Both the position numbers and the translations under genes were made by a program. Below, piece by piece: positions 46,550 to 57,598 of a stretch of 64,000 bases of DNA (within the stretch, counting starts at the first letter, position 1; each line of letters starts with the position of its first letter). This DNA is from Deltaproteobacteria bacterium. GTDB taxonomy: Bacteria > Myxococcota_A > Polyangia > GCA-2747355 > JADLHG01. The notes under the pieces were generated by a model. That model was not told where the DNA came from and made no database searches. It saw only the letters and a program-made list of their open reading frames with translations. Location of the stretch: positions 3,423-67,422 of the forward strand of contig JADLHG010000005.1 of NCBI GenBank assembly GCA_020848905.1, in the 5' to 3' direction.

Positions 46550-48064
46550 CTACTTAACATGGATCTCGAATTGCTCAAGGTGAAAGTTCTGCTGCGCCTC
46601 CACCTGCAGCGCCTTGCCGTAGCGCCGCTCGAGCACGAGCAGGTGATCCTGCTCGGATTCGGCGAGCAGGTCGGCCACGTCCGGATGCACGCAGACCAGC
46701 ACCCCCTGCCCCGGCAAGGTCGGGGCCTGCCGACGGATCTCGCGCAGGACCTCGTAGCAGACGGTGAGGGCGCTCTTCACGAATCCGCGCCCCTCGCAGT
46801 ACGGACAGGCCTCGGTGAGCTGCCGGCTCAGGCTCTCGCGCACGCGCTTGCGCGTCATCTCCACCAGGCCTAGGGCCGAGATCTCGAGCACGTTGGACTT
46901 CACCCGGTCGGCCTGCAGGGCCTGCTCGAGCGACCGGCCCACCTTCTGGCGGTTGGCCTCCCGGTCCATGTCGATGAAGTCGATCACGATCAGGCCGCCG
47001 ATGTTGCGCAGCCGGAGCTGCGCCACGACCTCCTTCACCGCCTCGAGGTTGGTCTTGGTGATCGTGTCCTCGAGGTTGCGCCGCCCGACGAAGCGCCCGG
47101 TGTTGACGTCGATCGCGGTGAGCGCCTCGCCCTGGTCTATGATCAGGTACCCCCCCGACTTGAGCCACACCTTGCGGTCGATGGCGCGATCCAGCTCGAG
47201 CTCCACCCCGTACGCGTCGAAGAGCGGCTCGTTGCCCTGGTAGAGCTCGAGCGCGGGCAGCCTTTGCGGCAGAAACGCCGAGACGAAGTCCGTCACGCGC
47301 GCGTACTCGCCCTGGTCGTCGATGATCAGCCGCTCGACGGCGTCGGAGAAGAGGTCCCGCACCGCCCGCAGCGAGAGGTCGAGGTCGCTGTAGAGCAAGG
47401 CGGGCGCCTTCGCCCCTTCGGCCCGGCGCTGGGTCTCCTCCCAGAGCTTCACGAGCAGCTCCATGTCGGCGCGCAGGCTCTCCTCGGAAGCTCCCTCGGC
47501 GACCGTCCGGACGATGGCCCCCGTCCCCGGCGGTCGCATCCCCTCGACGAGCTCCTTGAGCCGCCGCCGCTCCGCCTCGCTCGTGATGCGGCGCGAGATG
47601 CCCACGTGGTCCACGGTGGGCATGTAGACCAGGTGCCGCCCCGGCAGCGAGATGTAGCTCGTGACCCGCGCTCCCTTGGTGCCGATCGGCTCCTTGGCCA
47701 CCTGGACGAGCAGCTCCTGCCCTTCGCGCACGCGGTGCTGGATCGGCACCTGCTCGACGACCTCGCGCTCGAGCTCCTCTCCCTCGGGCGCGCTGTCGGA
47801 GCCGACCGACGAGCGTCCCTTGCGCGGCTCGTCCTCGCCACCGGGGGCGTCCCCGGCGTAGAGGAAGGCCGCCTTGCTGAGCCCGATGTCGACGAACGCG
47901 GCCTGCATCCCCGGAAGGACGCGCACCACGCGCCCCTTGTAGACGTTCCCCACGATCCCGCGGTCCCGGCTCCGTTCGACGTAGACCTCCGTGAGGTCCC
48001 CGTTCTCGAGGAGCGCCACGCGCTTCTCGGGCCCGTCGGCGTTGATGAGGAGGAGGCAGCTCAT
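46550..48064 (-). CDS. rng: ribonuclease G/E family endoribonuclease
   Basis: S1 domain 'GNVYKGRVVRVLPGMQAAFVDIG', the DNase I-like core and the Zn-link 'CPYCEGRG'. Confidence 0.85.
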   Translation of the reverse strand: MSCLLLINADGPEKRVALLENGDLTEVYVERSRDRGIVGNVYKGRVVRVLPGMQAAFVDIGLSKAAFLYAGDAPGGEDEPRKGRSSVGSDSAPEGEELEREVVEQVPIQHRVREGQELLVQVAKEPIGTKGARVTSYISLPGRHLVYMPTVDHVGISRRITSEAERRRLKELVEGMRPPGTGAIVRTVAEGASEESLRADMELLVKLWEETQRRAEGAKAPALLYSDLDLSLRAVRDLFSDAVERLIIDDQGEYARVTDFVSAFLPQRLPALELYQGNEPLFDAYGVELELDRAIDRKVWLKSGGYLIIDQGEALTAIDVNTGRFVGRRNLEDTITKTNLEAVKEVVAQLRLRNIGGLIVIDFIDMDREANRQKVGRSLEQALQADRVKSNVLEISALGLVEMTRKRVRESLSRQLTEACPYCEGRGFVKSALTVCYEVLREIRRQAPTLPGQGVLVCVHPDVADLLAESEQDHLLVLERRYGKALQVEAQQNFHLEQFEIHVK

Positions 48065-48553
48065 GGTGCGTGTGGCCTGTCGGTTCGGCGGCGCAGGGGC
48101 TCTGCTGGAGGAGACGGGCTCCCCGCCGCAGAGGTACTCCGTCGGCGGCGAGACGTCTACGACCTTTCGCGCAGGGCGCCCGGTGGGAACGCAGGGGGGG
48201 CGCGCCAGCGCGTCACACAACGCAATACAGTGTTAATTCAACACTATAAACAGTAATCCGCGTCCTCTCCGGGCCTCACCCGACCCCGGGTGGCTGACAC
48301 GGATGTCGCGCTCCGGCCGGCCCCGACCTGCCCCCTCGCCGGCGTTAGTTTTTTAACTGTGGGGACTTAGCGAACCGGCGCCCCTGTGGCACATCCGTTG
48401 CTAATTTGTTGCCCCGTCAACACGGTACGGTACGCTCCCTTACGACCCATACTGAGCGACCGGCCGTGTCCGTGGGACGGGTTGACGGCTTAGACTTTGG
48501 ATAGACTAGCTTTTTCTTAGACTTCTCGCTTAGCTAAATCTTCAGGTGTTGGT

Positions 48554-48592
48554 GAACCCCCCAGGACAAGAGCCGGGGGGTTCCGCTTTTTT
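48554..48592 (+). terminator. strong intrinsic terminator-like hairpin (9-bp G/C stem gaacccccc/ggggggttc, then a T-tract)
   Basis: 'gaaccccccaggacaagagccggggggttccgctttttt' sits at the 3' end of an ORF-free AT-richer region of 550 bp. Confidence 0.5.
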
Positions 48593-48614
48593 GGGGGCTA
48601 GCGCCAGGCGCGGG

Positions 48615-49862
48615 CTACGACGGTGAGGCGACGCTGCCGTGGGCGTGCGGGGCGTCGGCCGTGCGCGCCACGATCCCCTCGAGCCAGACCGTTCCGGCCG
48701 CCACGCACTCCTCGCTGAACCCCGCCACACGCTCGAGGTAGCTCGTCGCGCTCCCCTGCTCGAGTGCGCGACGAAAGCGCTCGAAGGCAGGGCGGTCGTG
48801 CTCGCCGCGCTCGACGTAGGCCTCGAGGTGCGCCCCGAGGGCCGGCCACGCCGCGGCGAAGGCACGCTGCTCGCCGAGCTCGGTCTGGCCCCGACCGGTG
48901 TCGGCCTCCAGCTCGGCCATCGACTCCCCCATCCCGTCGGCCAGATCGGCGAGGCGCTTGATGCGCTCCTTGATGCCGCTCGCGATGGCCGCCTGCGCCC
49001 GCCGGTACAGCGCGCGGCGCAGCGCGTCTCCCCCGGCGAGGGGGAGACGGACGGCTTCGTACCAGTGCCAGAGCGCCGCCAGGTTGCCGATGTAGCGCAG
49101 GTTCTTCTCCACCTTGGCGCGCACGCGCCCGTAGCGCTTGGGAGAGAAGGCCCGCTTCATGACGGGCAGCGATTCGCCGACCACGAGCTCGTTCGGGCCG
49201 TAGTCCCGCCGATAGACGAACCCGGCGGCCAGGACCGTGCCGTAGTCGATCGTCAGCGGACCCACGAGGCCCCCCTGCCCGCCGAGAAAGACCCGAGGCG
49301 AGCGGAGCATCACCCCCCGCGGAACATCCCCGATGAGCGACGCCGTCGCCTTGTCGCCGTGCTTGCCGAACGGCGTGTAGTTGAAGTGAATGAACGAGCT
49401 CCCGACCTCGCTGTGGTCCTTGCGGCTCGTGCCGCCGGCCATGAGCGCGTCGCAGAAGTTGATGAGGCTGCCGAGCGTCACGAAGGGCAAGAGCACCGTC
49501 TGCTTGAGCCCCACGGTGTGCGCGCCGTTCGCCTGCTCCTCGAGCAGCGTTCCCCCGCGCACGTGCGCCCCCGACCCCATCGACGCCCCGTCGAGGAAGA
49601 CCGCCTCGGAGAAGTACCCGCCGTGCAGCGAGACCCCGGGACCCACGGCGCAGTTCTCCACCGTCGCGGGCGCCTCGAAGCCGATCCGCGCCCCCGGGCA
49701 GATGAGCAGGTCCTTGCCGAAGAGCTTGGTGCCGGCGTGCAGCACCGTGCCCGGCCCATGGAGCTGTTCGAGCCGCACCTCGGGGCCGAGCTCCACCGCC
49801 TCCGGCGCCGGCAGCTCCACGCCCTGCGCCCTGAGCTGCGCCACTCTCTCGGTGTGTTGCAT
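48615..49862 (-). CDS. left-handed beta-helix (hexapeptide-repeat) protein
   Basis: Repeated [LIV]GxxxxI hexapeptide pattern, for example 'ICPGARIGFEAPATVENCAVGPGVSLHGG'. Confidence 0.6.
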   Translation of the reverse strand: MQHTERVAQLRAQGVELPAPEAVELGPEVRLEQLHGPGTVLHAGTKLFGKDLLICPGARIGFEAPATVENCAVGPGVSLHGGYFSEAVFLDGASMGSGAHVRGGTLLEEQANGAHTVGLKQTVLLPFVTLGSLINFCDALMAGGTSRKDHSEVGSSFIHFNYTPFGKHGDKATASLIGDVPRGVMLRSPRVFLGGQGGLVGPLTIDYGTVLAAGFVYRRDYGPNELVVGESLPVMKRAFSPKRYGRVRAKVEKNLRYIGNLAALWHWYEAVRLPLAGGDALRRALYRRAQAAIASGIKERIKRLADLADGMGESMAELEADTGRGQTELGEQRAFAAAWPALGAHLEAYVERGEHDRPAFERFRRALEQGSATSYLERVAGFSEECVAAGTVWLEGIVARTADAPHAHGSVASPS

Positions 49863-49880
49863 CCCTCCCCACCTCCATGC

Positions 49881-51011
49881 TCAGAAATAGATCTGCGCTC
49901 CGTGTTGGCGCTCGCGTCGCGCCACATGTTCCAGCAGGCGCCGCTTCTGCGCCAGGACGATCGCCACGTGCTCCCGCTCGACGAGCCAGCCTCTGTTCGG
50001 CCGGTGCCAGAGCGTCACGAGCTGCTCCTCGGTCAGGTGCCGGATCCGCTCCACGAGCGTGCGTCGGAAGAGCCCGAGCTCGGCGAGGAGCGCCTTGCAC
50101 AAGCGCTTCTTGCGCGGGCTGGCCGACAGGCCGTCCCCGAAGTCGATGGCGAAGAGCCGGACGCCGTCCGGAGCGTGTCGCACGCTGCCGAGGTTACGCC
50201 GCCGGTCGTTGTTGTAGACCAGGAAGTCGAGGACGAACACGTCGGCGATCTCCTGCAGCAGGGCGCTCCTTCGCACCTCCTCGCGCCGCGCAGGGGCGAG
50301 GAAGGAGGCGAGCGCGAGGAGGTTCTGGCGGGTCGCGCGGTGCGTCCCGAGCCGGTCCACGTAGGCGGGAGCCCAGACGCGGAAGAAGCCGTAGAGGCTC
50401 GGCCCCTCGGGGCCCTCCTCCCAGAGCAGGTTCTCGCGCAGCTGCTCGGGGACCCGGGGGAGGGCCGCCTCGAGCGCCTTCCGGGGGACCACCCGCTCGT
50501 GGCAGGGGGCGATGCGCACCCTGAGGTGGCGCGCGAGACGGCAGACGGCCGTCTCCGTGGCCCAGTCGCGGTACCCGCGCTGTCGCGGCTTGAAGAACAC
50601 CTCCACCGGGGGATGAGGTGGAAGCTGCACGCCGAGCCGGAACATCACCGACGGCTCGGTGGGCTTCTTGCGCACGAGAGCCTTCACCGCCGGCCTCCCG
50701 GGGGGTCTCACGAGCTTGCCGCGCGCGAGCACCTCCTCGGCCAGGCCGGGGTCGTCCATCAGCCGCAGCACGAAGGGGTTCTCGAGCGGCTGCTCGCTGC
50801 CGGGACGAAAGCTCGGCGGTCGCGTGGCGGAAATGGTGGCGGGCGGGTCCGGCTCCTCCGCGCGCACCCCCGGCGGCGCGACGAGCGGCGCGCCCAGCAG
50901 AACGACGGCGATTACGAGAATGGCAGGGCGGAACGAGCACTGCCCCTGGGGGCATCGGCGAGGCACGGCGCGGCGCGGACTAGTGCTCGTCCTTGTACTT
51001 CGCCACCTCAT
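49881..51011 (-). CDS. secreted atypical kinase-like protein (PI3/PI4-kinase-like catalytic motifs)
   Basis: Signal peptide. Catalytic-loop-like 'VLDFLVYNNDRRRNLG' and DFG-like 'FAIDFGDG'. Its start overlaps the downstream gene by about 30 nt, so the true start may be an internal GTG. Confidence 0.5.
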   Translation of the reverse strand: MRWRSTRTSTSPRRAVPRRCPQGQCSFRPAILVIAVVLLGAPLVAPPGVRAEEPDPPATISATRPPSFRPGSEQPLENPFVLRLMDDPGLAEEVLARGKLVRPPGRPAVKALVRKKPTEPSVMFRLGVQLPPHPPVEVFFKPRQRGYRDWATETAVCRLARHLRVRIAPCHERVVPRKALEAALPRVPEQLRENLLWEEGPEGPSLYGFFRVWAPAYVDRLGTHRATRQNLLALASFLAPARREEVRRSALLQEIADVFVLDFLVYNNDRRRNLGSVRHAPDGVRLFAIDFGDGLSASPRKKRLCKALLAELGLFRRTLVERIRHLTEEQLVTLWHRPNRGWLVEREHVAIVLAQKRRLLEHVARRERQHGAQIYF

Positions 51012-52236
51012 CCAGCACCGCCTTGCGCGCCTCGCGGTACTTGACCCACGCCTGCCCGACCTCGTTCAGATCCTTGTCGAAGAAGCCCTTGTTGGCCCGC
51101 TTGAAGCAGTCCTCGAGAGCCGAGCGGTCGCGGTCGTCGCCGGCCATCTTCTTGTGGACCGCCGCGTGAGCCGGGTGCTTCTTGCCCCCCTCGAGGCCGG
51201 CGTAGCACTCCTTGCGCAGCTTGTCGGCGTAGCTCGGCTCGGCCTTGCAGGTCTTGAAGATGTGCTCGATGAGCAGCTGCGTGTCGGGCGCCTTCTGCAC
51301 CTTGGCGGCCATCTTCGGCAGGTCGGGCACGGCGCAGGCGAGGAGACTCACGTAGCCCCACGACTTGGTCTGATCCGACTGCTGCGCATCGTGGAAGGCC
51401 GCGCTCGCCGCGAGGATCGCCTGCTCGTTCGCCGCGAGCTGCTTGCGGCTGTCGAGCTTGTTCGCGTAACCGTCGAAGACGCTCTTCACGGCCGGAAAGA
51501 CCGCCTTCAGGGCATCCAGTCGGGCCGCGAAGCCCGACGGCGGCTTGACCTGGCCGAAGCTCGCCGCGATGGTGTCGAGGAGCGGCAGGCACTTCTTCTT
51601 CAGGTGGTCGGGCTGGCTCTTCGGGAAGGACTTGAAGGCCTGTTCGAGCCCGTTCGTGAGGAGCATGTTGTCGGGCGCGAGCCGCACGTCCACGCCCTTC
51701 GACCGCACCACGCACTTCCAGAACTCGTCCACCTCGCCGTCGTCCACCTTGCGGAAGGCCGCGACGAACTGGCCGACCTCCTCGCGCAGCGCCTTCTTCT
51801 GCGAGCTGCGGTAGCCGAGGAAGCCGAGCACCGCCACCACCAGACCGACCGCCACCACCCAGACCATCGCCTTGTTGCGCTTCTTGGCCTTCTGCGCCTG
51901 CATGAAGGCGCTCACGTCGGCGGACCCGGCGTCCAGGCCCACCATCCCCCCGAGGCCACCGGCCGGCGCGTAGCCGAACGACCCGTCCGGTGAACCGAGG
52001 GCCGACGCGTCGCCGTAGGCCCCTTGCCCCAGCGTCGGGGCAGGGGAGGCCGGGAGGTCGGAGGGCGCGGGGGCGTAGGCCATCGGCGCGGCCGACGGTG
52101 ACGCCTGCGGCGCGGCGGGCGCCTGCGCCCGGTCGAGCGCCTGCGCGAACTGCTGCGCCGCGAGCGCGGTGCCGCAGGCCATGCACGCGGCGCTGCCATC
52201 CGGATTGGGAACGAGACACTTGGGACAGGTGATCAT
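50980..52236 (-). CDS. zinc-ribbon membrane protein with a Cys-containing extracytoplasmic domain
   Basis: N-terminal 'MITCPKCLVPNPDGSAACMACG' zinc ribbon, a Pro/Ala-rich linker, the TM segment 'AMVWVVAVGLVVAVLGFLGY', and a C-terminal domain of about 280 aa. Confidence 0.55.
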   Translation of the reverse strand: MITCPKCLVPNPDGSAACMACGTALAAQQFAQALDRAQAPAAPQASPSAAPMAYAPAPSDLPASPAPTLGQGAYGDASALGSPDGSFGYAPAGGLGGMVGLDAGSADVSAFMQAQKAKKRNKAMVWVVAVGLVVAVLGFLGYRSSQKKALREEVGQFVAAFRKVDDGEVDEFWKCVVRSKGVDVRLAPDNMLLTNGLEQAFKSFPKSQPDHLKKKCLPLLDTIAASFGQVKPPSGFAARLDALKAVFPAVKSVFDGYANKLDSRKQLAANEQAILAASAAFHDAQQSDQTKSWGYVSLLACAVPDLPKMAAKVQKAPDTQLLIEHIFKTCKAEPSYADKLRKECYAGLEGGKKHPAHAAVHKKMAGDDRDRSALEDCFKRANKGFFDKDLNEVGQAWVKYREARKAVLDEVAKYKDEH

Positions 52237-52283
52237 GCGAGGCACCCTATCATAGTCCGCGCGCGCGTCGCCACGACGGCGGG

Positions 52284-54275
52284 CTACGCGCTCTGCCCTC
52301 CCTGAAGGCGGGAGAAGGTCTCGGGGCCGTGGCGCCTGATGGCCTCCACGATCCCTCCGTGTTGCGCCAGCGCCTGGACCATCGGCGAGAGCGGCCGCGC
52401 GCGGAAGACCTCGCCCGTCGCGAGGGCCGTGACCGTCCCCGCGCCGAGATCTAGCTCGAGCTCGGCCCCCTCGGTGGCGAGGGCGTAGAAGCGGTCGTCG
52501 GTGACGACCATGTACGGAAGCGCTTCGTTGACCAGGTTCCGCTTGTGGATGAAGGCGAAGGATCGCGCCACTACCGCGCGGATGCCGGCTCCCTTGAGGG
52601 CCCACACCGCCTGCTCGCGCGAGCTGCCCGACCCCCACCCTTCCCCGGCCACGACGATCGCCCGTCCGCCACGCGCGCGTTCGGCGAACTCCGGACGCAC
52701 GTGATGGAAGCAGCGCGCTCCGAGCTCGGCCACGTCGGTGAGGTGGCAGAACTCGCCGGGGATGATGGCGTCCGTATCGACGTGGTCGCCGAACCGCTGT
52801 ACGGCGCCGCGGAGCCTCGCGGGTGCAGCGTCGCCGCCGAGGGTGGCCGCGCCGACCGCCCCCGTCACTGCCGTCGCCGACGGAGCAGGCTGGTCGCGAC
52901 GCACCTCCGGAAGCGCCGCGCCGGTCCGGCCGAGGAGCCGGTCGTAGCGCGCCCGATCCACGCGTTCGAGTACGGGGCGCGGGTCGGCCACGCGCAGCTC
53001 CAGCGCCGAGGCTGCCACGGTCGCCGCCGAGGAGAGCCAGGCCAGCGACCCGCGGCCCATGCGGTTCTCGAAGTTGCGGTTCTGCGAGCTGAGCCAGACC
53101 TCGCCCTCGCCCGCGCGGTCCGACGCCACGCCGAGGCACATGCTGCAGCCGGGCGGCCCCACGCGAAAACCGGCCTGCTCGTACGCGGCAAGCAGCCCCG
53201 CCTCGCGCAGCCGACCGGCGATCTCCAGGTTCCCCGGCACAACGAGCCGCTTCCCTTCGGCCGGCACGGGCCGCTTCCCGTCGGCGAGCAGCCGCTCGAG
53301 CACGAGCGCCCCCAGCACCAGCTCCTCCTCGGTCGTGGTGCACGCGCCGATGAACGCGCCGTGGAGGGCGGTCCCCGCCACCTCCTCGACGGCGGCCACG
53401 TTGTCCGGCGCGAAAGGCTTCGCCACCTGGGGCCCGAGCCGCGCGAGGTCGATCGGGTAGCGCGCCACGTACGGCGCGTCGGGGTCCGCCGCGAAGAAGA
53501 GCCCGTCGCGATGCTCGGCGCGCCGGCCGAGCAGCTCGCCCACTCTGCCGTCGGGGGCGAAGATGCCGTTGAGCCCGCCGAACTCGGCCGTCATGTTGCA
53601 GATCGTGAAGCGCATGTCGGTGGAGAAGCCCCGCGCCGCGTCGCCGCCGAACTCCACCGTGCGCTCGAGGGCCACGGTGTTGCGGCCGAGCTCACCGAGG
53701 GTCCGCAGGATCACGTCCTTGCCCCCGATGCCGAAGGGGAGGCTGCCGCGGTAATCCACGGCGATCGCCTCGGGGACCTCGATCCAGGTCTCGCCGAGCA
53801 CCATGGCCACCGCCACGTCGGCGCCGCCGAGTCCGATGGCAAAAGCGCCCACCCCACCATGCGAGCTGGTGTGCGAGTCGGCCCCGAGCACCAGGTCCCC
53901 GGGACGCACCAGGTCGCGGTAGAACGTGGTGTGCATGATCGTGACGTTGGCGTCGTAGAAGTAGCGGAGCTTCGCCTCCTTCGCGAAGTCGCGGGCCAGC
54001 TGGGCGAGCCGCTGCGTGCGCGGATCCCGCGCCAGGGTCACCGGATCCACCGTGTGGTCGAGGGCCAGATAGAAGCGGTCGGGGTCGGCTAGCGTGGGCC
54101 GGCCGAGCTCCTCGTAGGTCCGATTCATACCGTTCCAGGCCAGCTCGCTCGCGATGGTCCAGTCCACGCGCACGCGCAGGAGGTCCCCCGCTTCGACCCA
54201 GGGCCGACGGGGCGCGATGGCGTGGTGGTAGAGGATCTTGCCGGTCAGGGTCATGGGGGGGATAGGCGTCGTCAT
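52284..54275 (-). CDS. aconitase-family dehydratase with fused large (LeuC-like) and small (LeuD-like) subunit domains
   Basis: '[18 protein letters not shown]' and '[10 protein letters not shown]...PGCSMCLG' supply the Fe-S ligands. The C-terminal swivel domain is '[18 protein letters not shown]'. Confidence 0.8.
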   Translation of the reverse strand: MTTPIPPMTLTGKILYHHAIAPRRPWVEAGDLLRVRVDWTIASELAWNGMNRTYEELGRPTLADPDRFYLALDHTVDPVTLARDPRTQRLAQLARDFAKEAKLRYFYDANVTIMHTTFYRDLVRPGDLVLGADSHTSSHGGVGAFAIGLGGADVAVAMVLGETWIEVPEAIAVDYRGSLPFGIGGKDVILRTLGELGRNTVALERTVEFGGDAARGFSTDMRFTICNMTAEFGGLNGIFAPDGRVGELLGRRAEHRDGLFFAADPDAPYVARYPIDLARLGPQVAKPFAPDNVAAVEEVAGTALHGAFIGACTTTEEELVLGALVLERLLADGKRPVPAEGKRLVVPGNLEIAGRLREAGLLAAYEQAGFRVGPPGCSMCLGVASDRAGEGEVWLSSQNRNFENRMGRGSLAWLSSAATVAASALELRVADPRPVLERVDRARYDRLLGRTGAALPEVRRDQPAPSATAVTGAVGAATLGGDAAPARLRGAVQRFGDHVDTDAIIPGEFCHLTDVAELGARCFHHVRPEFAERARGGRAIVVAGEGWGSGSSREQAVWALKGAGIRAVVARSFAFIHKRNLVNEALPYMVVTDDRFYALATEGAELELDLGAGTVTALATGEVFRARPLSPMVQALAQHGGIVEAIRRHGPETFSRLQGGQSA

Positions 54276-54446
54276 GCGCGGCGTACATTAGCCGCCCCGC
54301 GCCGCCCGATCAACGAGTGGCGACAGGCCACGCGCGAGGCGGCCCGGAGCCCCAGCACGGGCGCGCGGCGCCTCGTCGGGTCACAATTGACAAATTCGCG
54401 GCCCACGCTATCTAATGCCGCGTCTCAACCACGGAGAAGCACCATC

Positions 54447-55610
<1,164 letters not shown>

Positions 55611-55631
55611 CCTCGCGCCTCCGCTCTCCTC

Positions 55632-55669
55632 GGCCGCAGACGGTGCGGCCGCCCCAGTGATCGTTTTCC
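55632..55669 (+). terminator. weak terminator-like hairpin after metK
   Basis: 'ggccgcagacggtgcggcc' is followed 10 nt later by 'cgttttcc'. Confidence 0.3.
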
Positions 55670-55723
55670 CGTCCTCGACCCACCTCCTCCGTGCGAGGCC
55701 CAGCTCGGCCCGATGGAGGACGG

Positions 55724-57598
55724 ATGATGCGCGGCTCCCTGTACGCCCTCGTGGCTCTCTCTTTGTCCCTCCTCGGCTGCTCGCCGCCCTCTGCGCCGTC
55801 CGCTGAAGAAGGGGGGACGCGGGGCCGCTTCCTGCGAACCTCCGGGATCGTGGTCGACCACACCACCGTGGCCCTCTTCGATCAGATCCCCCCCGAGTAT
55901 CTGGCTGCCGCGAGCGCCCTGCGAATGCACTTTTTCGACCGCTCGGTGGGGGACAACATCAGCAACGCGCTGAACTGCTTCCCCTACCCGAGCTACGAGG
56001 CCGCCCCCTCTCGGTGCAAACGGAACCTGGCCGAGGTGGGCGAGACCTTCCGGCCCAGCCTGGCCTACGACCGCTCGCGCTGGGCCTATTCCTTCTCGGG
56101 CGGTAGCTACTGGCACGAGAAACTCGCGGACTTCATCGCGGTCACGACCGCCGAGGCGGCGAGCTACGACGTCTTCAACCTGCAGCTCAGCTACCTCGAG
56201 GTCTCCGAGCAGGACGACATCGCGAGCCCCACCACGGGCTACTTCGTTGACCAGCCGAACCGGCCGGACGTGCACGACCTGGTCGCGCACGAGGCGCGCC
56301 TCCCCGGCAAGGTCTTCATCTATTCGACGAGCAGCCTCTCCCGCGGGATCGGAACCCAGGTCTCGGAGCGCTTCAATAGCGACCTGCGCGCCTGGGCCCG
56401 CGCGAACGACAAGATCCTCTTCGACATTGCGGACATCGAATCCCACGCCCCCGACGGACGCCCCTGCTACGACAACCGCGACGGGGTCTACTACTCGAAC
56501 GGCAACGCCTGGGAGAACCACCCCGACGACGGGCTCGACCTGGCCGCGATCTGCCCCGAGTACACGAGCGAGGCCGACGGCGGACACCTCGGGAACCAGG
56601 CCACGGGTGGCATTCGCCTGGCGAAGGCCTTCTGGGTGGTCATGGCGCAGATCGCCGGGTGGACTCCCGGCGGCGGGCCGGCGGCCAACCAGGCGCCGGT
56701 CGTGAACGCCGGCTCGGACGCCTCGGCCCAGCTCCCGAGCGCGACGCTGCGCCTCGCGGGCGCGGCGAGCGACGACGGACGCCCCACCGGCACGCTCACC
56801 ACCACCTGGAGCGTCTCTTCGGCCCCCGCCGGCGGCAGCGCCGTCTTCTCGAACGCAGGGCTCCTCGACGCGACGGTGACCTTCGGCGCGGCCGGAACCT
56901 ACGTCCTGCGCCTCGCCGCGAGCGACGGCGCGCTGACCAGCCACGACGAGCTGACCGTCACGGTGCACCTCGCCGGGAGCGGCGGCGGCACGCTCACGCC
57001 GAGCGCGCACTGGCCCTTCGAGAGCGGTTCGGTGGCCGACGTCATCTCGGGCTGCGCCGACTGCCAGAATCGGGGCGCCACGCCGCTCTCGGCCGGCAAG
57101 GTCGGCGGGGCCTTCGACCTCGACGGCGTGAGCTCGTACCTGGACCTCGCCGCGCAGAGTCGGCTCGAGGGGCGCAGCGCCTTCACCTTCGTGGCGTGGA
57201 TCAAGCCGGCCTTCGGCACGACGGCGTCCCGTCGGCACCACCTCCTCGCGGATGGCGACGCGATCCAGCTCTTCTACCTGGACGCAACGCGAGGCTGGCG
57301 CGGCGCGGTGCGGACGCCCACGGGCACCTACCGCGTGGATGCCACCGGAGCGAGCTGGACGGCGGAGACCTGGCACCAGGTGGCGCTCGTCTTCTCGAGC
57401 TCGGGGCTCAGCATCTACTTCGACGGCGTGCGACGCGCGACGCGCGCCTCCTCGGGCGCCGCGGTGACGCACAACCTGCACGTCAGCCTCGGGCGCTCGG
57501 GGGCCGGGGGGGACTACTTCGACGGTGCGGTGGACGAGGTCAAGATCTTCGACAGGGCGCTCACCGACGCGGAGGTCGCGTCGCTCTTCACTCCGTGA
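55724..57598 (+). CDS. secreted lipoprotein with a C-terminal LamG/concanavalin-like domain
   Basis: Lipobox 'SLSLLGCS'. The C-terminal 200 aa, 'FTFVAWIKP...LGRSGAGGDYFDGAVDEVKIFDRALT', is typical of LamG. Confidence 0.6.
   Translation: MMRGSLYALVALSLSLLGCSPPSAPSAEEGGTRGRFLRTSGIVVDHTTVALFDQIPPEYLAAASALRMHFFDRSVGDNISNALNCFPYPSYEAAPSRCKRNLAEVGETFRPSLAYDRSRWAYSFSGGSYWHEKLADFIAVTTAEAASYDVFNLQLSYLEVSEQDDIASPTTGYFVDQPNRPDVHDLVAHEARLPGKVFIYSTSSLSRGIGTQVSERFNSDLRAWARANDKILFDIADIESHAPDGRPCYDNRDGVYYSNGNAWENHPDDGLDLAAICPEYTSEADGGHLGNQATGGIRLAKAFWVVMAQIAGWTPGGGPAANQAPVVNAGSDASAQLPSATLRLAGAASDDGRPTGTLTTTWSVSSAPAGGSAVFSNAGLLDATVTFGAAGTYVLRLAASDGALTSHDELTVTVHLAGSGGGTLTPSAHWPFESGSVADVISGCADCQNRGATPLSAGKVGGAFDLDGVSSYLDLAAQSRLEGRSAFTFVAWIKPAFGTTASRRHHLLADGDAIQLFYLDATRGWRGAVRTPTGTYRVDATGASWTAETWHQVALVFSSSGLSIYFDGVRRATRASSGAAVTHNLHVSLGRSGAGGDYFDGAVDEVKIFDRALTDAEVASLFTP

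Noticed and set aside
48639-51044. 801-aa + strand ORF opposite the hexapeptide and kinase-like genes; also 55526..57481 (-) and 61620..63305 (-)
   Set aside because: These are GC-driven antisense frames. The coding strands are supported by hexapeptide repeats, LamG and FHA/GAF/cyclase motifs respectively.
54276-54446. Possible SAM riboswitch upstream of metK
   Set aside because: The leader between a TTGACA-N16-TATCTA promoter-like element and the metK ATG is only about 40 nt, too short for any known SAM riboswitch class, and no conserved SAM-I/II core sequences are visible.
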